NCBI GenBank assembly: GCA_965223415.1
Contig: OZ245002.1
Span: 4,896,001-4,960,000, forward strand
From: Myxococcota bacterium
GTDB lineage: Bacteria > Myxococcota_A > UBA9160 > UBA6930
Direction: 5' to 3'
DNA length: 64,000 nt
Shown here: one piece after another, positions 38,226-48,254 of the stretch
Layout: each line of letters opens with the position of its first letter
How positions within the stretch are numbered: the first letter of the stretch is position 1
The notes under the pieces: generated by a model
The model's input: only the letters and a program-made list of their open reading frames with translations
Databases searched by the model: none
Told to the model about the DNA's origin: nothing
Program-made: the position numbers and the translations under genes

Positions 38226-38752
38226 GAGCTTCCGGCGATTCGGGAGCGACCCTAGGCCCCGCTCGATAGTCTCAGTTCGGAGTTGCCTCTGCCAGCTGAG
38301 GAGGCGTCTGCGATGGAGACGCGCTCGGATGATGCGCAGCTGGGGTCCTTTCTGAACCTTCTCTTTGCCGCGGACTCGGCGGTTCTCGCTTTCTTCCTGT
38401 TCACGAGACCGGGGAACATGCTTCCTGCGAAGCTACCCTTCACGTTGGGGCCGGTGCTCCCCCTCAAACACCAGGCTGCTGCCTTGGCGGTCTGCGCCGC
38501 GGTTGCTCTGATCCTCCGGGCACTGACTCTCTTTCCCGGGCGCCACGAGCGACTCCGAGCCAGCGAGCGCTGGATTGCCGTTGTGGTCTTGGCCGTGAGC
38601 CTGGTCGCGATGGGCACGGGTGGCGTAGCCATTGCAGGTGATCCGTCGCTCCTTCCTGGAGGCTGACTCCGCGCGGAACGGCAGACCAGGCCGGCGAGCT
38701 TCCGGGCCTTCCGGAGCGACCCTAGGCCCTCGGTCGAGGTTCTCAGTTCGGA
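38226..38752. repeat. Pair of ~56-bp imperfect direct repeats (38226-38281, 38696-38752)
   Basis: gagcttccgg..ggagcgaccctaggccc..tcga..tctcagttcgga occurs twice. Confidence 0.75.
38313..38666 (+). CDS. Small membrane protein
   Basis: GAGGAGG RBS, three hydrophobic segments. Confidence 0.55.
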   Translation: METRSDDAQLGSFLNLLFAADSAVLAFFLFTRPGNMLPAKLPFTLGPVLPLKHQAAALAVCAAVALILRALTLFPGRHERLRASERWIAVVVLAVSLVAMGTGGVAIAGDPSLLPGG

Positions 38753-38821
38753 ACCAGCATTGCCAGGCGGGCAAAAGCGCGGAGCGTCCCGAGGGACCTC
38801 TGGACGAGTGGAGGACCAGTC

Positions 38822-39535
38822 CTAGCCGGAGGCTGCCCGGACGCCGTGGTGACGGTAGGCAGGGTACTTGAAGAGCGGCTCAAGCTTGCCCGCCGCACGG
38901 CCTTCTTCCTCCGTTGGGAAGCCCTCACATCCGATCCTCACCGTACAGACAAAGAAGGTCGCCGCCCCGCCTTCGAAGTGCCACACGGCGCCCTGGACGG
39001 TCAGTAGTTCTCCGCTTCGGCCTACGGCCAGCTGAACGATCGGACGCTCCGCTCCATCGACGACCTCAAGGAATCGGCCATCAGAGTTGATGTCGTATCC
39101 GAGCCCGGGCAGGAGATAGAGGGCTGAGTCCTGCACGAACGCGATCGTCGCACCTCCTTCGTTGACCAGCTTGCCGGACAGTGTCGCGCCCCGGCCACGA
39201 AGTACCACTGCAAGCCCTGGCAGAACTGGGAAGGTCCCTTCTGAGATCCGGATGCTGCTCTTCCCCACCGAGATCGTATCAACGTTGGCGCCCGCGATTT
39301 CGTGACCGAACGCAGTCGCGTACGCGATCCTTGCGCTGGTGTCATGAGAACGTTCTTCGAAGAACAGGCTCGCCCCGATGGTGACTGCGACTCCTATGAG
39401 AAGCGTGGCGATTGGGAGGCCCCAGTCATGGCCGCGTGGGTAGTGGAAGAAGCAGAAGCGCGACCTTGGGAGCGGGCGCTTCGAACACGGTTTGCGCTTC
39501 CGCGTTACAGCCCGGCAGTAGTCATCGGAACTCAT
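38822..39535 (-). CDS. Hypothetical protein with N-terminal Cys/His cluster and one TM segment
   Basis: CRAVTRKRKPC..RFCFFH, then a hydrophobic helix. Confidence 0.65.
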   Translation of the reverse strand: MSSDDYCRAVTRKRKPCSKRPLPRSRFCFFHYPRGHDWGLPIATLLIGVAVTIGASLFFEERSHDTSARIAYATAFGHEIAGANVDTISVGKSSIRISEGTFPVLPGLAVVLRGRGATLSGKLVNEGGATIAFVQDSALYLLPGLGYDINSDGRFLEVVDGAERPIVQLAVGRSGELLTVQGAVWHFEGGAATFFVCTVRIGCEGFPTEEEGRAAGKLEPLFKYPAYRHHGVRAASG

Positions 39536-39579
39536 TGGGACTTGAACATGGTTACATCTTCCGTCCTGCGAATAGCTCG

Positions 39580-40239
39580 CTACGTCGAGCGGCTCGCATT
39601 CGCAGGAGGCGGGTAGCTCGCGCCGCCGGCGCTTCGATGCGTGCTAAGGAACTTCAGCGCACGCTCAAGCGTTCCGAAGCAAGGTAGCGCCGCACCACGG
39701 ACAGTGTTGAAGTCGATCATCCTCGTCATCGGTAGCTGGTCCAGGGTGGGCTTGTACGAACGACCGGCGGGAAAGTGTCGTGAGAGCCATCCCTTCGCGC
39801 CGCGGATCGCCTGAGGGTCATCGGGTGGGAGAGCGTCTTCGACGAGCCCTGGGCGCTCTTGACCGGACGAGCCAACAAGAGGGCGGCCTGCCATCTCTGC
39901 GACACATGGCAGGAAGAGCACCTCGTACTCGCGGTGGAGGAGGACAACTGCGACCGGAAAGGAGAGCCCGAGGCCGGCTGTCCATGACGCTACGAGAGGG
40001 CCGATCTCTGCCGGGCACCCGTCGTCTTCGTCGTGGAGAATCAGCAGCGCGTCCGCGTTTTTCTTCGTCGCTACGACTCGACACCCCCGCTCGATGCTCT
40101 CCTTCAGGGTGATCTTGGACCAACGCATCGGGTTGGACCATGGCATGTAGGGAAGGCCGAGATCAGCCCACAAGCGGCTGAGTAGGTTGCCGACTGCCTC
40201 GACCTCACCGCGTCCTTCAACTAGCACGTAGCCGGGCAT
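39580..40239 (-). CDS. DUF4276-like (TOPRIM-related) protein
   Basis: VLVEGRGE, ILHDEDDGCP, REYEVLFL, YKPTLDQ. Confidence 0.75.
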   Translation of the reverse strand: MPGYVLVEGRGEVEAVGNLLSRLWADLGLPYMPWSNPMRWSKITLKESIERGCRVVATKKNADALLILHDEDDGCPAEIGPLVASWTAGLGLSFPVAVVLLHREYEVLFLPCVAEMAGRPLVGSSGQERPGLVEDALPPDDPQAIRGAKGWLSRHFPAGRSYKPTLDQLPMTRMIDFNTVRGAALPCFGTLERALKFLSTHRSAGGASYPPPANASRST

Positions 40240-40256
40240 GGGTCTTCTTGCGCCGT

Positions 40257-41390
40257 TCAGTCCTGCGGAAAGCCCAGTTCTTGCTGGAAGCCTTCGACCC
40301 GAAGAACTTCGCCGAGGGTCATCAGCCCCGCGGTGACTGCCTGTCGCTGTGACTCCTGCATTGGGGCGATCGTGGTCTCACTTCCGCGGCGAGCAACGAC
40401 TCGAACGTGGTCGGCATCGAAGCGGTCGAGGAGGTCTGGGCTGTGCGTAGTCACGACAATCTGGCTGTAGTTGGATGCCTCAGCGATGTAGTCATAGATC
40501 AACGGGAGGGCACCTGGATGGACGGTGAGTTCCGGCTCCTCGATGCCGATAAGCGCGGGGCGTGGCTCCTGCTTCAGCGCAGTGATGATTCCTGCGACGC
40601 GGAGCGTCCCGTCGGATTCCTGCGCAGCGTCTAGCCACTTCAGCTTCTTCTTGAGGCCGGCACGGTGGTGGTGTTTGAATGTGACAGTGAGATACCCACC
40701 CGCCTGCTGGACTTTGATGTCCTCCACGTCGCCAGCGAGCTTGTTGAGTGCCTCGACTAGGTCGGGCTTCCAGTCACCCTGTTTCATGTCTTTGAGAATC
40801 GACACCCAGTTCGAGCCGTGCTGGTCCATCGGACGCGTCGCATCGTAGACGTGTGGCGTCCGAAGGGTGTCGGGGAAGATCGAGTAGACCGCGATGCTCC
40901 TGAGAACACGGGCGAGCGGTGCGAAACGTGTGTCCCCGGCGACGAGAGGGAGCACGAGACTCATCGGGTCAACTTCAGGGCGCAGATCGCTAGGCATATC
41001 TCGCCATTCCTGCTCAACGCGATGAATCCGGTGGGACCCACTCTCCCCGGTTACCGAGGCGACCTCGGACTTGACGCGATAGTCCTCGGTTCGGTCGCCC
41101 CCCAACGTGAACTGGTAGATGCCCGAGAACGAGGTGTTCTTGATCGTCAGCTGCACATTGAGGTCGAAGGGGGCACCAGAGCTGAACCGTCGGACCCTTC
41201 CGATGCCGCCGCGGCGGCTGATGGCTCCCTCAAGGCCGATCTGCACGCACTCGGAGACGAAACGGAGGAGGTCAACCGCGTTGCTCTTTCCAGAGCCATT
41301 GGGTCCAACGAGCGCCGTCAGGTTGTCCAGCTTCAGCCGAACGTCTCGCCCGAGGCTTCGGAAGTTGGATGCGCGGAGTTCCGTGATCAC
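40257..41390 (-). CDS. ABC/AAA_21-type ATPase
   Basis: NFRSLG, GPNGSGKSN, ESDGTLR, IEEPE, VTTHSP. Confidence 0.9.
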   Translation of the reverse strand: MITELRASNFRSLGRDVRLKLDNLTALVGPNGSGKSNAVDLLRFVSECVQIGLEGAISRRGGIGRVRRFSSGAPFDLNVQLTIKNTSFSGIYQFTLGGDRTEDYRVKSEVASVTGESGSHRIHRVEQEWRDMPSDLRPEVDPMSLVLPLVAGDTRFAPLARVLRSIAVYSIFPDTLRTPHVYDATRPMDQHGSNWVSILKDMKQGDWKPDLVEALNKLAGDVEDIKVQQAGGYLTVTFKHHHRAGLKKKLKWLDAAQESDGTLRVAGIITALKQEPRPALIGIEEPELTVHPGALPLIYDYIAEASNYSQIVVTTHSPDLLDRFDADHVRVVARRGSETTIAPMQESQRQAVTAGLMTLGEVLRVEGFQQELGFPQD

Positions 41391-41637
41391 CTGGTTCGGT
41401 CCAGAAGCGGCGCCCCACAATAGCCGGATTCCCCGGGGGACGCTCAAGCGGCCCACGGCAGCCGCAGTCGCGTCCCGAAGCGGTCCCCGCTACCACGTCC
41501 GCTCCCCGGGGGCCAGGGCTCCCGGTCATGGGGGCACCGCAGCCGCGCGGCCCTCTCCTTGGCTTTCCCGCGACCGAGAATCGTCTCAACCCGGCTCGTG
41601 CGGGCTGCCGATAAGGGGGCGAGGAGGTGGCGCGACC

Positions 41638-42108
41638 GTGGGGACGACGACTCGGCGATGGCTTGCCCAGCTGGCGGTGTGCCTTCTCTTCGCAGTGGCC
41701 CCGGCTTCGGCTGAAGACGAGGCGCTATGCGAAGGCAAGAACCCCCAGCACTGCAACGACGGCACCAACCAGGAGAAGAGCTGGGAGGAGGGTGCGCCGC
41801 CGGCCGCTTCCGAGAGCCCCACTGCGCCCTCCGATGGCGAGGTCGCGGTCGAGAAGTCCGAGGAACGCTGCGCGGGGAGGAACCCGCTCCACTGTGGCGG
41901 TCTGAGCGTGAAATCCCGCGACGAGGACGAGGTGGCGACCGACATGCCGCCCGGTGCGTGCGAGGGCCGGAACCCGAAGTTCTGCCAGGAGGTCGAGCCC
42001 GAGCCGGAGGTCGAAGAGGAGCCGCGAGAGCGCGAACGCTCGAACCCCAACAGCCGAAACCCCAACCGGAATCCCAACCGGAGGTCTCGGAAGGGCGGAG
42101 GAGACTAG
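41638..42108 (+). CDS. Secreted acidic protein with three CxGxNPxxC repeats
   Basis: Signal peptide; CEGKNPQHC, CAGRNPLHC, CEGRNPKFC. Confidence 0.65.
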   Translation: MGTTTRRWLAQLAVCLLFAVAPASAEDEALCEGKNPQHCNDGTNQEKSWEEGAPPAASESPTAPSDGEVAVEKSEERCAGRNPLHCGGLSVKSRDEDEVATDMPPGACEGRNPKFCQEVEPEPEVEEEPRERERSNPNSRNPNRNPNRRSRKGGGD

Positions 42109-42662
42109 GCCTCCCGCTGCGGCTCGGGGGGCTGGCCGGGTCGGATGCCGCGGTAGGTGAGCACGCCCGAAGCCGGATCCGTGCTGGCGCCCTGGATTCG
42201 CGGCAGGACGGCCGTCGCATACTCCCGAAACGCCTCGTCGTCGGCGAGCTGCTCGAGACGTCGGCCGATCGTCGGGAAGGTGCCGAAGGAAGCGGAGATC
42301 TGGACGATCTCCTCCCGGTAGACCTCGTCGTTCACGCTCTTCGCGCCCTGGAAGCCGCGCCAGAGGCCGAAGAGGAGCTCGTTCATCAGCTGGACGAAGC
42401 GCTCCGCGTCGGTGTCGTCCAGCGGCTCTCCAGCGCAGCCCCTATGCCAGATCGCCGTGAGGTCCGGCTGCTCGACGAGCAGGGTCCGCCAGCGCGACAG
42501 GTCCTTGAAGTTGCGATCGGCGACCGCACGTCGCGCGGTGCGGCTGTTCTCGTCCAGGGCCCGGGTGTTCTGACGCAGCTGCGCCAGCAGGAAGATGAGG
42601 GTGACGACGACGGCGGCCGCGCCGACGACTTCACCGATCGCGCCGATCGCTTCCCAGCTCAT
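42105..42662 (-). CDS. Hypothetical membrane-anchored protein
   Basis: MSWEAIGAIGEVVGAAAVVVTLIFL..QLRQNT N-terminus. Confidence 0.75.
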   Translation of the reverse strand: MSWEAIGAIGEVVGAAAVVVTLIFLLAQLRQNTRALDENSRTARRAVADRNFKDLSRWRTLLVEQPDLTAIWHRGCAGEPLDDTDAERFVQLMNELLFGLWRGFQGAKSVNDEVYREEIVQISASFGTFPTIGRRLEQLADDEAFREYATAVLPRIQGASTDPASGVLTYRGIRPGQPPEPQREA

Positions 42663-42734
42663 GAGGGTTCCTTCAGCAAGGGTTCTGCGAGCTCGCGGGG
42701 AGCCTAGGCCATCGAGCCGGGTGGCTCCGGGAGC

Positions 42735-45068
42735 TCACGATTTCGGGTGGGCGATCGCCCGGGCCAGCGGCGCCAGGACGAACGAGAGCGCCACGCCGAC
42801 GCCCGTCGTCACGCCGATGGCGCGCAGCGCCGGATGGGAGGAGAGCGCGAGGGTGCCGAACACGAAGACCGTCGTGAGGCACGAGAGCAGCAGGCTCAGC
42901 AACGTGGCCTCCAGGCCGGGACGGTCCCGCGCGTCCACCACGAAGATGCCGTAGTCCACGCCCATGCCCATCACGAGGAGCAGGCTGATCGCGTGGAGGA
43001 GGTTCGCCTCCTGCCCCAGCAGGCCCAGCCCGCCGAGCAGCAGCACAGCCGTGGCCACCGAGGGGAGGAGCGCGGCAACGGTCGGGCGCCAGCGGCGGTA
43101 GCGCGCCGCCAGCAGCAGGACGACGAGGCCGGAGCCCACGGCCATCTGCCGCAGCGTCGTGGCCCGGAACTCGCCGAACAGGTCGTCGATGAGGGCGGTC
43201 TGGTCGAAGAGGCGGGCGCCGGGCACCTCGGCCACCGCCGCCGCCACGCGACCCTCCTGCCGCACGCCGCGCAGGTAGGTGATCAGGGCCAGGTCGTCGC
43301 CGACCGGTGCGACGAGGGAGTCGACGAGGGGGGCCAGGGGCGAGGCCTGCAGGCCGTCCAGGGTGAGGGGCGCGGGGGGTGGTGCGGCGAGGGTCTCGAG
43401 GAAGGGCGCGACGGCGCCAGCGCGGAAACCCTCGGCGACGAAGGCCGCCTCGATGCGCGCACCCAGCTCCGGATCCCCGCGCACGGCGGCCTGGCTCTGG
43501 CGCTGCAGCTCCGCCGGCCACAAGAGGGCGTGGAGCGAGCGGATGCCGTCGAGCGCGCCGTGGCCGACGGCCTCTTCGAGGCGCTCGGACAGCTTGCGGT
43601 TGCGCTCCAGGGCCGTCGCCTCGTCGCCGGCGCGCAGCAGGACCAGGCGGCTCGTATCGAACTGGGAGAGGCGTTCGCGCACACGCCGGTCCTCCGCCAC
43701 GAGCTGCGGGTCGAGCTGGGAGAGGCCGCGGAGATCGTTGCTCCAGTGCAGGCGGGGGAGGCCCATCGCTGCCACCGCCAGGCAGGCCACCAGCACGAGC
43801 AGGCTCGCCGGGCGTCGCGCGGCCAGGCGCTCGGCGCCGCGGGCCAGGCGCCCGGCCAGGCGCTCGGCGGCCGGTGCCGGCCGCTCCGGCCCGAGCAGGA
43901 CGGGGAGCACGCCGAGGGTGACGGCCAGGGCGACCGCCACCCCGATCATCGCGATGAGCCCCATCTCGCGGAAGCCCGGGAAGTCCGTGAGCGCGAGGCC
44001 GGCGAAGCTGGCGATGGTGGTGAAGGCGCCCAGGGCGAGGGTCGGGCGGAGCGCCCGCCGGGTGGCGGCCGGGGTCGTGCCCGGTGGCGCGAAGGCGTGG
44101 TGGTTCACCAGGTGGATCGCGTAGTCGATGGCGACGCCGGTCAGGCTGGTGCCGAACGCGAGAGTGAGGACGTCGAGATCCCCGAGCAGGACGATCCCCG
44201 CGCAGACGGCGACGAGCATGCCGAGGAGCGGGGGAAGGAAGGCCAGACCCAGGAGTCGCGGGGCTCGGAGCAGCCCGACGAAGAGGAGCCCCAGCCCGGC
44301 CACCGAGACGAGCGCGATCCGCAGGGCATCACCGCGGATGGTGCGCTCGATGCGCACCGCGAAGCGGTTGATGCCGCTCGCCTCGAGGACGAGATCGTCG
44401 CCGGAATGCGCCAGGCGAAGCGCCGCGAAGGCGTCGCCGATCGCGGCGACGAGCGGGGCCTGGCGGGCGGTGTCGAAGGCCGGTGGCCGGGTCTGGACGA
44501 GGAGCAAGGCGTGGCGGCCGTCCGGGGACACGAACTGCCCCGCCTCCACCCGCAAGCCCGGGTCGGTTCCGCGCACGCGCGCCAGGATGCGCTCGAAGCC
44601 GCCCAGGGGATCGCGGGCGACGAGCCCCGCCCAGGCCGATCCGCCCGGAGCCGCGAGTCGAGCCCGGGCCGATCGGGCGGCTGCGCGCAGGGCGGCGTCG
44701 GCAGTGAGCGCGTCGATCTCCTCGGGCGTCTCGGCCAGGAAGCCCAGGCGATGGTGAAAGTACGTCGCGTGAAGCGCGGCCGGGAGCTCCGGGTCCGGCG
44801 TCACCCGGGCCCAGGCGATCTCCGGATGGGCTCGCAGGCGCTCCGCCAGCTCGCGGGCCGCCGCGCGGGCGCGAGCCGGACGGCGTGCGCCCACGCTCAG
44901 GACCATGCCCCGCGTGGGCGCGGAAGCGGCCAGGGCGCGCACGAGGGCGCCCTCCCCTGCGGCCTGCTCGGGCAGGAAGTGGGTCACGTCCGTGCGCAAG
45001 CCGAGCTGGCTCGTCGCGAAGGCCAGCAGCACGGCCGCCACCGCGAAGACCGCCAGCCAGGCCCTCAC
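42735..45068 (-). CDS. MMPL/RND-family exporter
   Basis: Two TM halves with GVAIDY and GMGVDY motifs. Confidence 0.9.
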   Translation of the reverse strand: MRAWLAVFAVAAVLLAFATSQLGLRTDVTHFLPEQAAGEGALVRALAASAPTRGMVLSVGARRPARARAAARELAERLRAHPEIAWARVTPDPELPAALHATYFHHRLGFLAETPEEIDALTADAALRAAARSARARLAAPGGSAWAGLVARDPLGGFERILARVRGTDPGLRVEAGQFVSPDGRHALLLVQTRPPAFDTARQAPLVAAIGDAFAALRLAHSGDDLVLEASGINRFAVRIERTIRGDALRIALVSVAGLGLLFVGLLRAPRLLGLAFLPPLLGMLVAVCAGIVLLGDLDVLTLAFGTSLTGVAIDYAIHLVNHHAFAPPGTTPAATRRALRPTLALGAFTTIASFAGLALTDFPGFREMGLIAMIGVAVALAVTLGVLPVLLGPERPAPAAERLAGRLARGAERLAARRPASLLVLVACLAVAAMGLPRLHWSNDLRGLSQLDPQLVAEDRRVRERLSQFDTSRLVLLRAGDEATALERNRKLSERLEEAVGHGALDGIRSLHALLWPAELQRQSQAAVRGDPELGARIEAAFVAEGFRAGAVAPFLETLAAPPPAPLTLDGLQASPLAPLVDSLVAPVGDDLALITYLRGVRQEGRVAAAVAEVPGARLFDQTALIDDLFGEFRATTLRQMAVGSGLVVLLLAARYRRWRPTVAALLPSVATAVLLLGGLGLLGQEANLLHAISLLLVMGMGVDYGIFVVDARDRPGLEATLLSLLLSCLTTVFVFGTLALSSHPALRAIGVTTGVGVALSFVLAPLARAIAHPKS

Positions 45069-45703
45069 GGCGACGGGTCGGCGCCGAAGAACCGGGCCCG
45101 CTCCTCGGCGGAGAGGGGACGATCGGTCTCGAGCCCGTGCAGGCGGGTGATCGCGTGGCCGCCGCCGGGCTCCTGGAGCTCGAGGGACACGAGTCCCGTG
45201 CCCCGTCCCCGCAGCGCGAGGCGCTCGACGAAGCGACGGGCACCGGCCGAGCGCGGCACCAGGGCGAGCACCCAGCTGCCGTCCCGGGCCTGGAAATCGA
45301 GCTCGTAGCGCTCGCGGAGGGTGGCGAGGTCTCCGGCGAAGATGGCGCGCAGCTCCTCGGCTACGCGACGTGCCGCCGGCTCGGTGAGGTCTCCCGGGCC
45401 CGCCTGGCCCTCGACCCGCAGCTCGTCCCCGTCGAGCACCAGGCGCGTGGCGCTCGGCGTCTCGGTGGTGCGGGCGAAGCGGTCCGGCGGCACCACGGCG
45501 ATGTGTCCGTGGGACTCGATCGGCTCGGCGAGGAGCGGCAGGGTGCGCACCTCGACGAAGCCGGTGCGCAGGCCCGGGCTCCCGGCCAGGCGATCCATCA
45601 GCGCGTCGAGGCTGGGCTCGGCGGCGGCGCTGCTGGCCGCCGCGAGGGTCGCGGCGGCCAGCACGCCGGCGATGCGGCGCCTAGCCACCGGCCCGCGCCT
45701 CAT
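45065..45703 (-). CDS. LolA-like lipid/lipoprotein carrier
   Basis: Signal peptide, F.E.R..PLL..P..S.G, LALVPR. Confidence 0.75.
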   Translation of the reverse strand: MRRGPVARRRIAGVLAAATLAAASSAAAEPSLDALMDRLAGSPGLRTGFVEVRTLPLLAEPIESHGHIAVVPPDRFARTTETPSATRLVLDGDELRVEGQAGPGDLTEPAARRVAEELRAIFAGDLATLRERYELDFQARDGSWVLALVPRSAGARRFVERLALRGRGTGLVSLELQEPGGGHAITRLHGLETDRPLSAEERARFFGADPSP

Positions 45704-46307
45704 CCTCGGGCGGCGGCCGGAACAGCCGGCGGAAGAGCGGCTCCACGGGCGTGCCCGCATAGCGCCCGAAGCGCCAGGCCCGCACGACGAACTCGGCGGC
45801 GAACAGGAGCCCGATCAGCAGGTAGGACACGAGGCCCGTGTAGAGGGTCCAGAGCCAGGTCGGCCCGACCCAGGCGAGCCGGGCGCAGACGGCACCGTTG
45901 GTGAGGAAGAAGACGCACCAGATCCCGGTCACGCTGCGGCAGTAGCGAACCTCGTCCGGGGGCAGATCCGGGACCTGCATGCGCGCGAAGGTCTCGACGA
46001 GCGGCGGCCCGGTGACGAGGGTGCGGGCGAAGGCCACGAGCAGGGCCAGGTTCACCACGACCGGCACCAGCAGGAGCGCGTGCTCGTCGTTGGCCGCGAC
46101 GGTGAACGCCAGCGCGGCCGCCACCAGGAGGGCCGGCGCGAGCAGGCGGCGAAGGTCCTCGGCTCGGGGGGCCCGGGCCCGCGCGAGCCCGCGCAGCAGG
46201 AGGAGCCCGGCGATGCCCAGCGCCACCCAGCGGGCCTCCAGCAGCCGAAGGCCGGCGAAGACGAGGAACGGGTAGCCGACGCCCAGCGCCACCTGGAGCG
46301 CCTTCAT
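45681..46307 (-). CDS. COG4648-like membrane protein
   Basis: YPFLVF, PPLVETFAR, YCRSVT..W..FF..NG, WTLYTG..SY. Confidence 0.8.
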   Translation of the reverse strand: MKALQVALGVGYPFLVFAGLRLLEARWVALGIAGLLLLRGLARARAPRAEDLRRLLAPALLVAAALAFTVAANDEHALLLVPVVVNLALLVAFARTLVTGPPLVETFARMQVPDLPPDEVRYCRSVTGIWCVFFLTNGAVCARLAWVGPTWLWTLYTGLVSYLLIGLLFAAEFVVRAWRFGRYAGTPVEPLFRRLFRPPPEDEARAGG

Positions 46308-47023
46308 TGCCGGAACCCGAGATGGCGCGCGATCGTCTCGAGCACGAGCCGCGCGTGCAGGGCCGAGATCCGCAGGTTGTCGCGCAGCATCTGGAAGTGG
46401 GAGACGCCGCCCTCTTCCGTCGTCAGGTAGCGGACCCGCGTCGGCAGGTTCACGACCGGGACGCCCCGCCAGACCATGCGGACCGGAAGCTCCTGGTCGA
46501 ACTGCATGCGGTTGCCGCGGGCGCGCGCGGCCAGTGCCGCCTCCGCCGGGTAGACGCGGAAGCCGCACTGGGGATCGGCGATCACCCGCCCCCCGGTCTC
46601 CAGGTCCACCCAGAACCGGCTGATCTGGCGGCCGATCGCGCGGCCCCGGGGCTGGGTGCGGTCGAAGACCGGCTGGCCGAGCACCAGCGCCTCGGGGTGC
46701 GCCCGCGCGGCCTCGAGAAAGCGCGGCAGATCGTCGATGCGGTGCTGCCCGTCCGCGTCGATCTGGATCGCGTGGCTGAAGCCCCGGCGCCGCGCGACGG
46801 CCAGGCCCTCCTTCACGGCGGCGCCCTTCCCGCCGTTCGTCGGGCGCCTGTGGATCGTCGCGAGCTCGGCCAGGGCCTGGACCGCGGCTCGTCCCTCCGC
46901 GCCGCTGCCGTCGTCCACCACGATCACGTCGTCCAGGTGCTTGCGGATCTCGCGCACGACCGTCCCGACGGTGCGGGGGTTGTCGAAGGTCGGGACGAGT
47001 GCGCAGAAGCGGGGCGACGTCAT
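46304..47023 (-). CDS. Glycosyltransferase family 2
   Basis: VVDDGS, GGKGAA, QIDADGQH, QCGFRVYP. Confidence 0.9.
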   Translation of the reverse strand: MTSPRFCALVPTFDNPRTVGTVVREIRKHLDDVIVVDDGSGAEGRAAVQALAELATIHRRPTNGGKGAAVKEGLAVARRRGFSHAIQIDADGQHRIDDLPRFLEAARAHPEALVLGQPVFDRTQPRGRAIGRQISRFWVDLETGGRVIADPQCGFRVYPAEAALAARARGNRMQFDQELPVRMVWRGVPVVNLPTRVRYLTTEEGGVSHFQMLRDNLRISALHARLVLETIARHLGFRQ

Positions 47024-47024
47024 G

Positions 47025-48254
47025 TCAGCCGTCGCGTCGGAAGACCAGGGAGGTGTTCACGCCGCCGAAGGCGAAGTTGTTGCTCACCGCCACCGTCACC
47101 TCCGCCTCCCGCGGCTCGTCGCGCACATAGTCGAGGGACGCGCAGCGCGGGTCGGGCGACGCCAGGTTCAGGTTCGGCGCCAACCAGCCCTCCCGCATCA
47201 TCCCGATCGTGAGCCAGGCCTCGATGGAGCCGCAGGCGCCCAGCGCGTGGCCCAGGTGCCCCTTGAGCGTGCTCACCGGCACCCGGTCCCCGAAGACGGC
47301 CGCGGTCGCCTGGCTCTCGGCGATGTCGCCCACCTCGGTGGCGGTCCCGTGGGCGTTCACGTAGTCGACGGCCTCGGCCGGGAGCCCGGCGCTCGCCAGG
47401 CCCATGCGCATGACCGTCTCCATGCCCTCGGCGTCCGGGTTCGTGATGTGGCGCCCGTCGCAGTTGGTGGCGAAGCCCAGCACCTCGGCGTGGATCGTGG
47501 CGCCCCGCGACAGGGCGTGCTCGCGCTCCTCCAGCACGAAGGTCGCGGCGCCCTCGGAGCACACGAGCCCGTCCCGGTCCACGTCGAAGGGGCGCGGGGT
47601 GGCCTCAGGCGCATCGTTGCGGGTCGAGGCGGCGAACAGGATGTCGAAGACCGCCGCGTCGATCAGCCCGAGCTCCTCGGCGCCGCCGGCCACCATGATC
47701 TTCTGGTGGCCGTGCTTCACCGCCTCGTAGCCATAGCCGATGCCCTGACTGCCCGAGGTGCAGGCGGAGCACGTGGGCACGACCCGGCCGCGCAGCTGGA
47801 AGAACTGGGCCAGGTTGGCGGCGCAGGTGTGGCTCATGAAGCGGATGTACTCGTTGGCCCCGATCCCGCTCAGGCTCTGGCGCCGGTAGAAGCGCTCGGC
47901 CCAGGCGTCGAGGGCGCCGGGGCTCCCGGCGGTGGACCCGTAGGCCACGCCGGTCGTGCCGTCGGAGAGCTCCGCGCCGCCCAGGAGCCCGGCGTCCTCG
48001 AGGGCGGCCTCGGTGGCGCGGACGGCCATGGCCGAATCCCGCCCCATGGTGCGGGTCTTCTTGCGCGGCCAGCTCCGCGGCGTCTCGAAGCCCGGCACCG
48101 GGGCCCCGAGGCGCGTCTTGAGCCCGCCCATGAAGCCCCATTCGTCGAGCACCCGCGTGCCGCTGCGCCCGGCCAGGAGGCCGTCGCGTACGGTCTTCCA
48201 CTCCTGCCCGAGGGAGCAGAGCCCGCCCATTCCGGTGATCACGACGCGGTTCAT
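47025..48254 (-). CDS. Beta-ketoacyl-ACP synthase (FabF-like)
   Basis: SACTSG, NAHGTAT, KGHLGHALGA, NNFAFGG. Confidence 0.92.
   Translation of the reverse strand: MNRVVITGMGGLCSLGQEWKTVRDGLLAGRSGTRVLDEWGFMGGLKTRLGAPVPGFETPRSWPRKKTRTMGRDSAMAVRATEAALEDAGLLGGAELSDGTTGVAYGSTAGSPGALDAWAERFYRRQSLSGIGANEYIRFMSHTCAANLAQFFQLRGRVVPTCSACTSGSQGIGYGYEAVKHGHQKIMVAGGAEELGLIDAAVFDILFAASTRNDAPEATPRPFDVDRDGLVCSEGAATFVLEEREHALSRGATIHAEVLGFATNCDGRHITNPDAEGMETVMRMGLASAGLPAEAVDYVNAHGTATEVGDIAESQATAAVFGDRVPVSTLKGHLGHALGACGSIEAWLTIGMMREGWLAPNLNLASPDPRCASLDYVRDEPREAEVTVAVSNNFAFGGVNTSLVFRRDG

Noticed and set aside
41391..41637. Right att site or intact tRNA closing the island
   Set aside because: No tRNA-like sequence was seen, so the right island boundary is undefined.
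42747..45308. Long antisense or alternative-frame ORFs (e.g. 853 aa here, 29863-31989, the 5225-6262 extension)
   Set aside because: Shadow ORFs typical of high-GC DNA that overlap well-supported genes.
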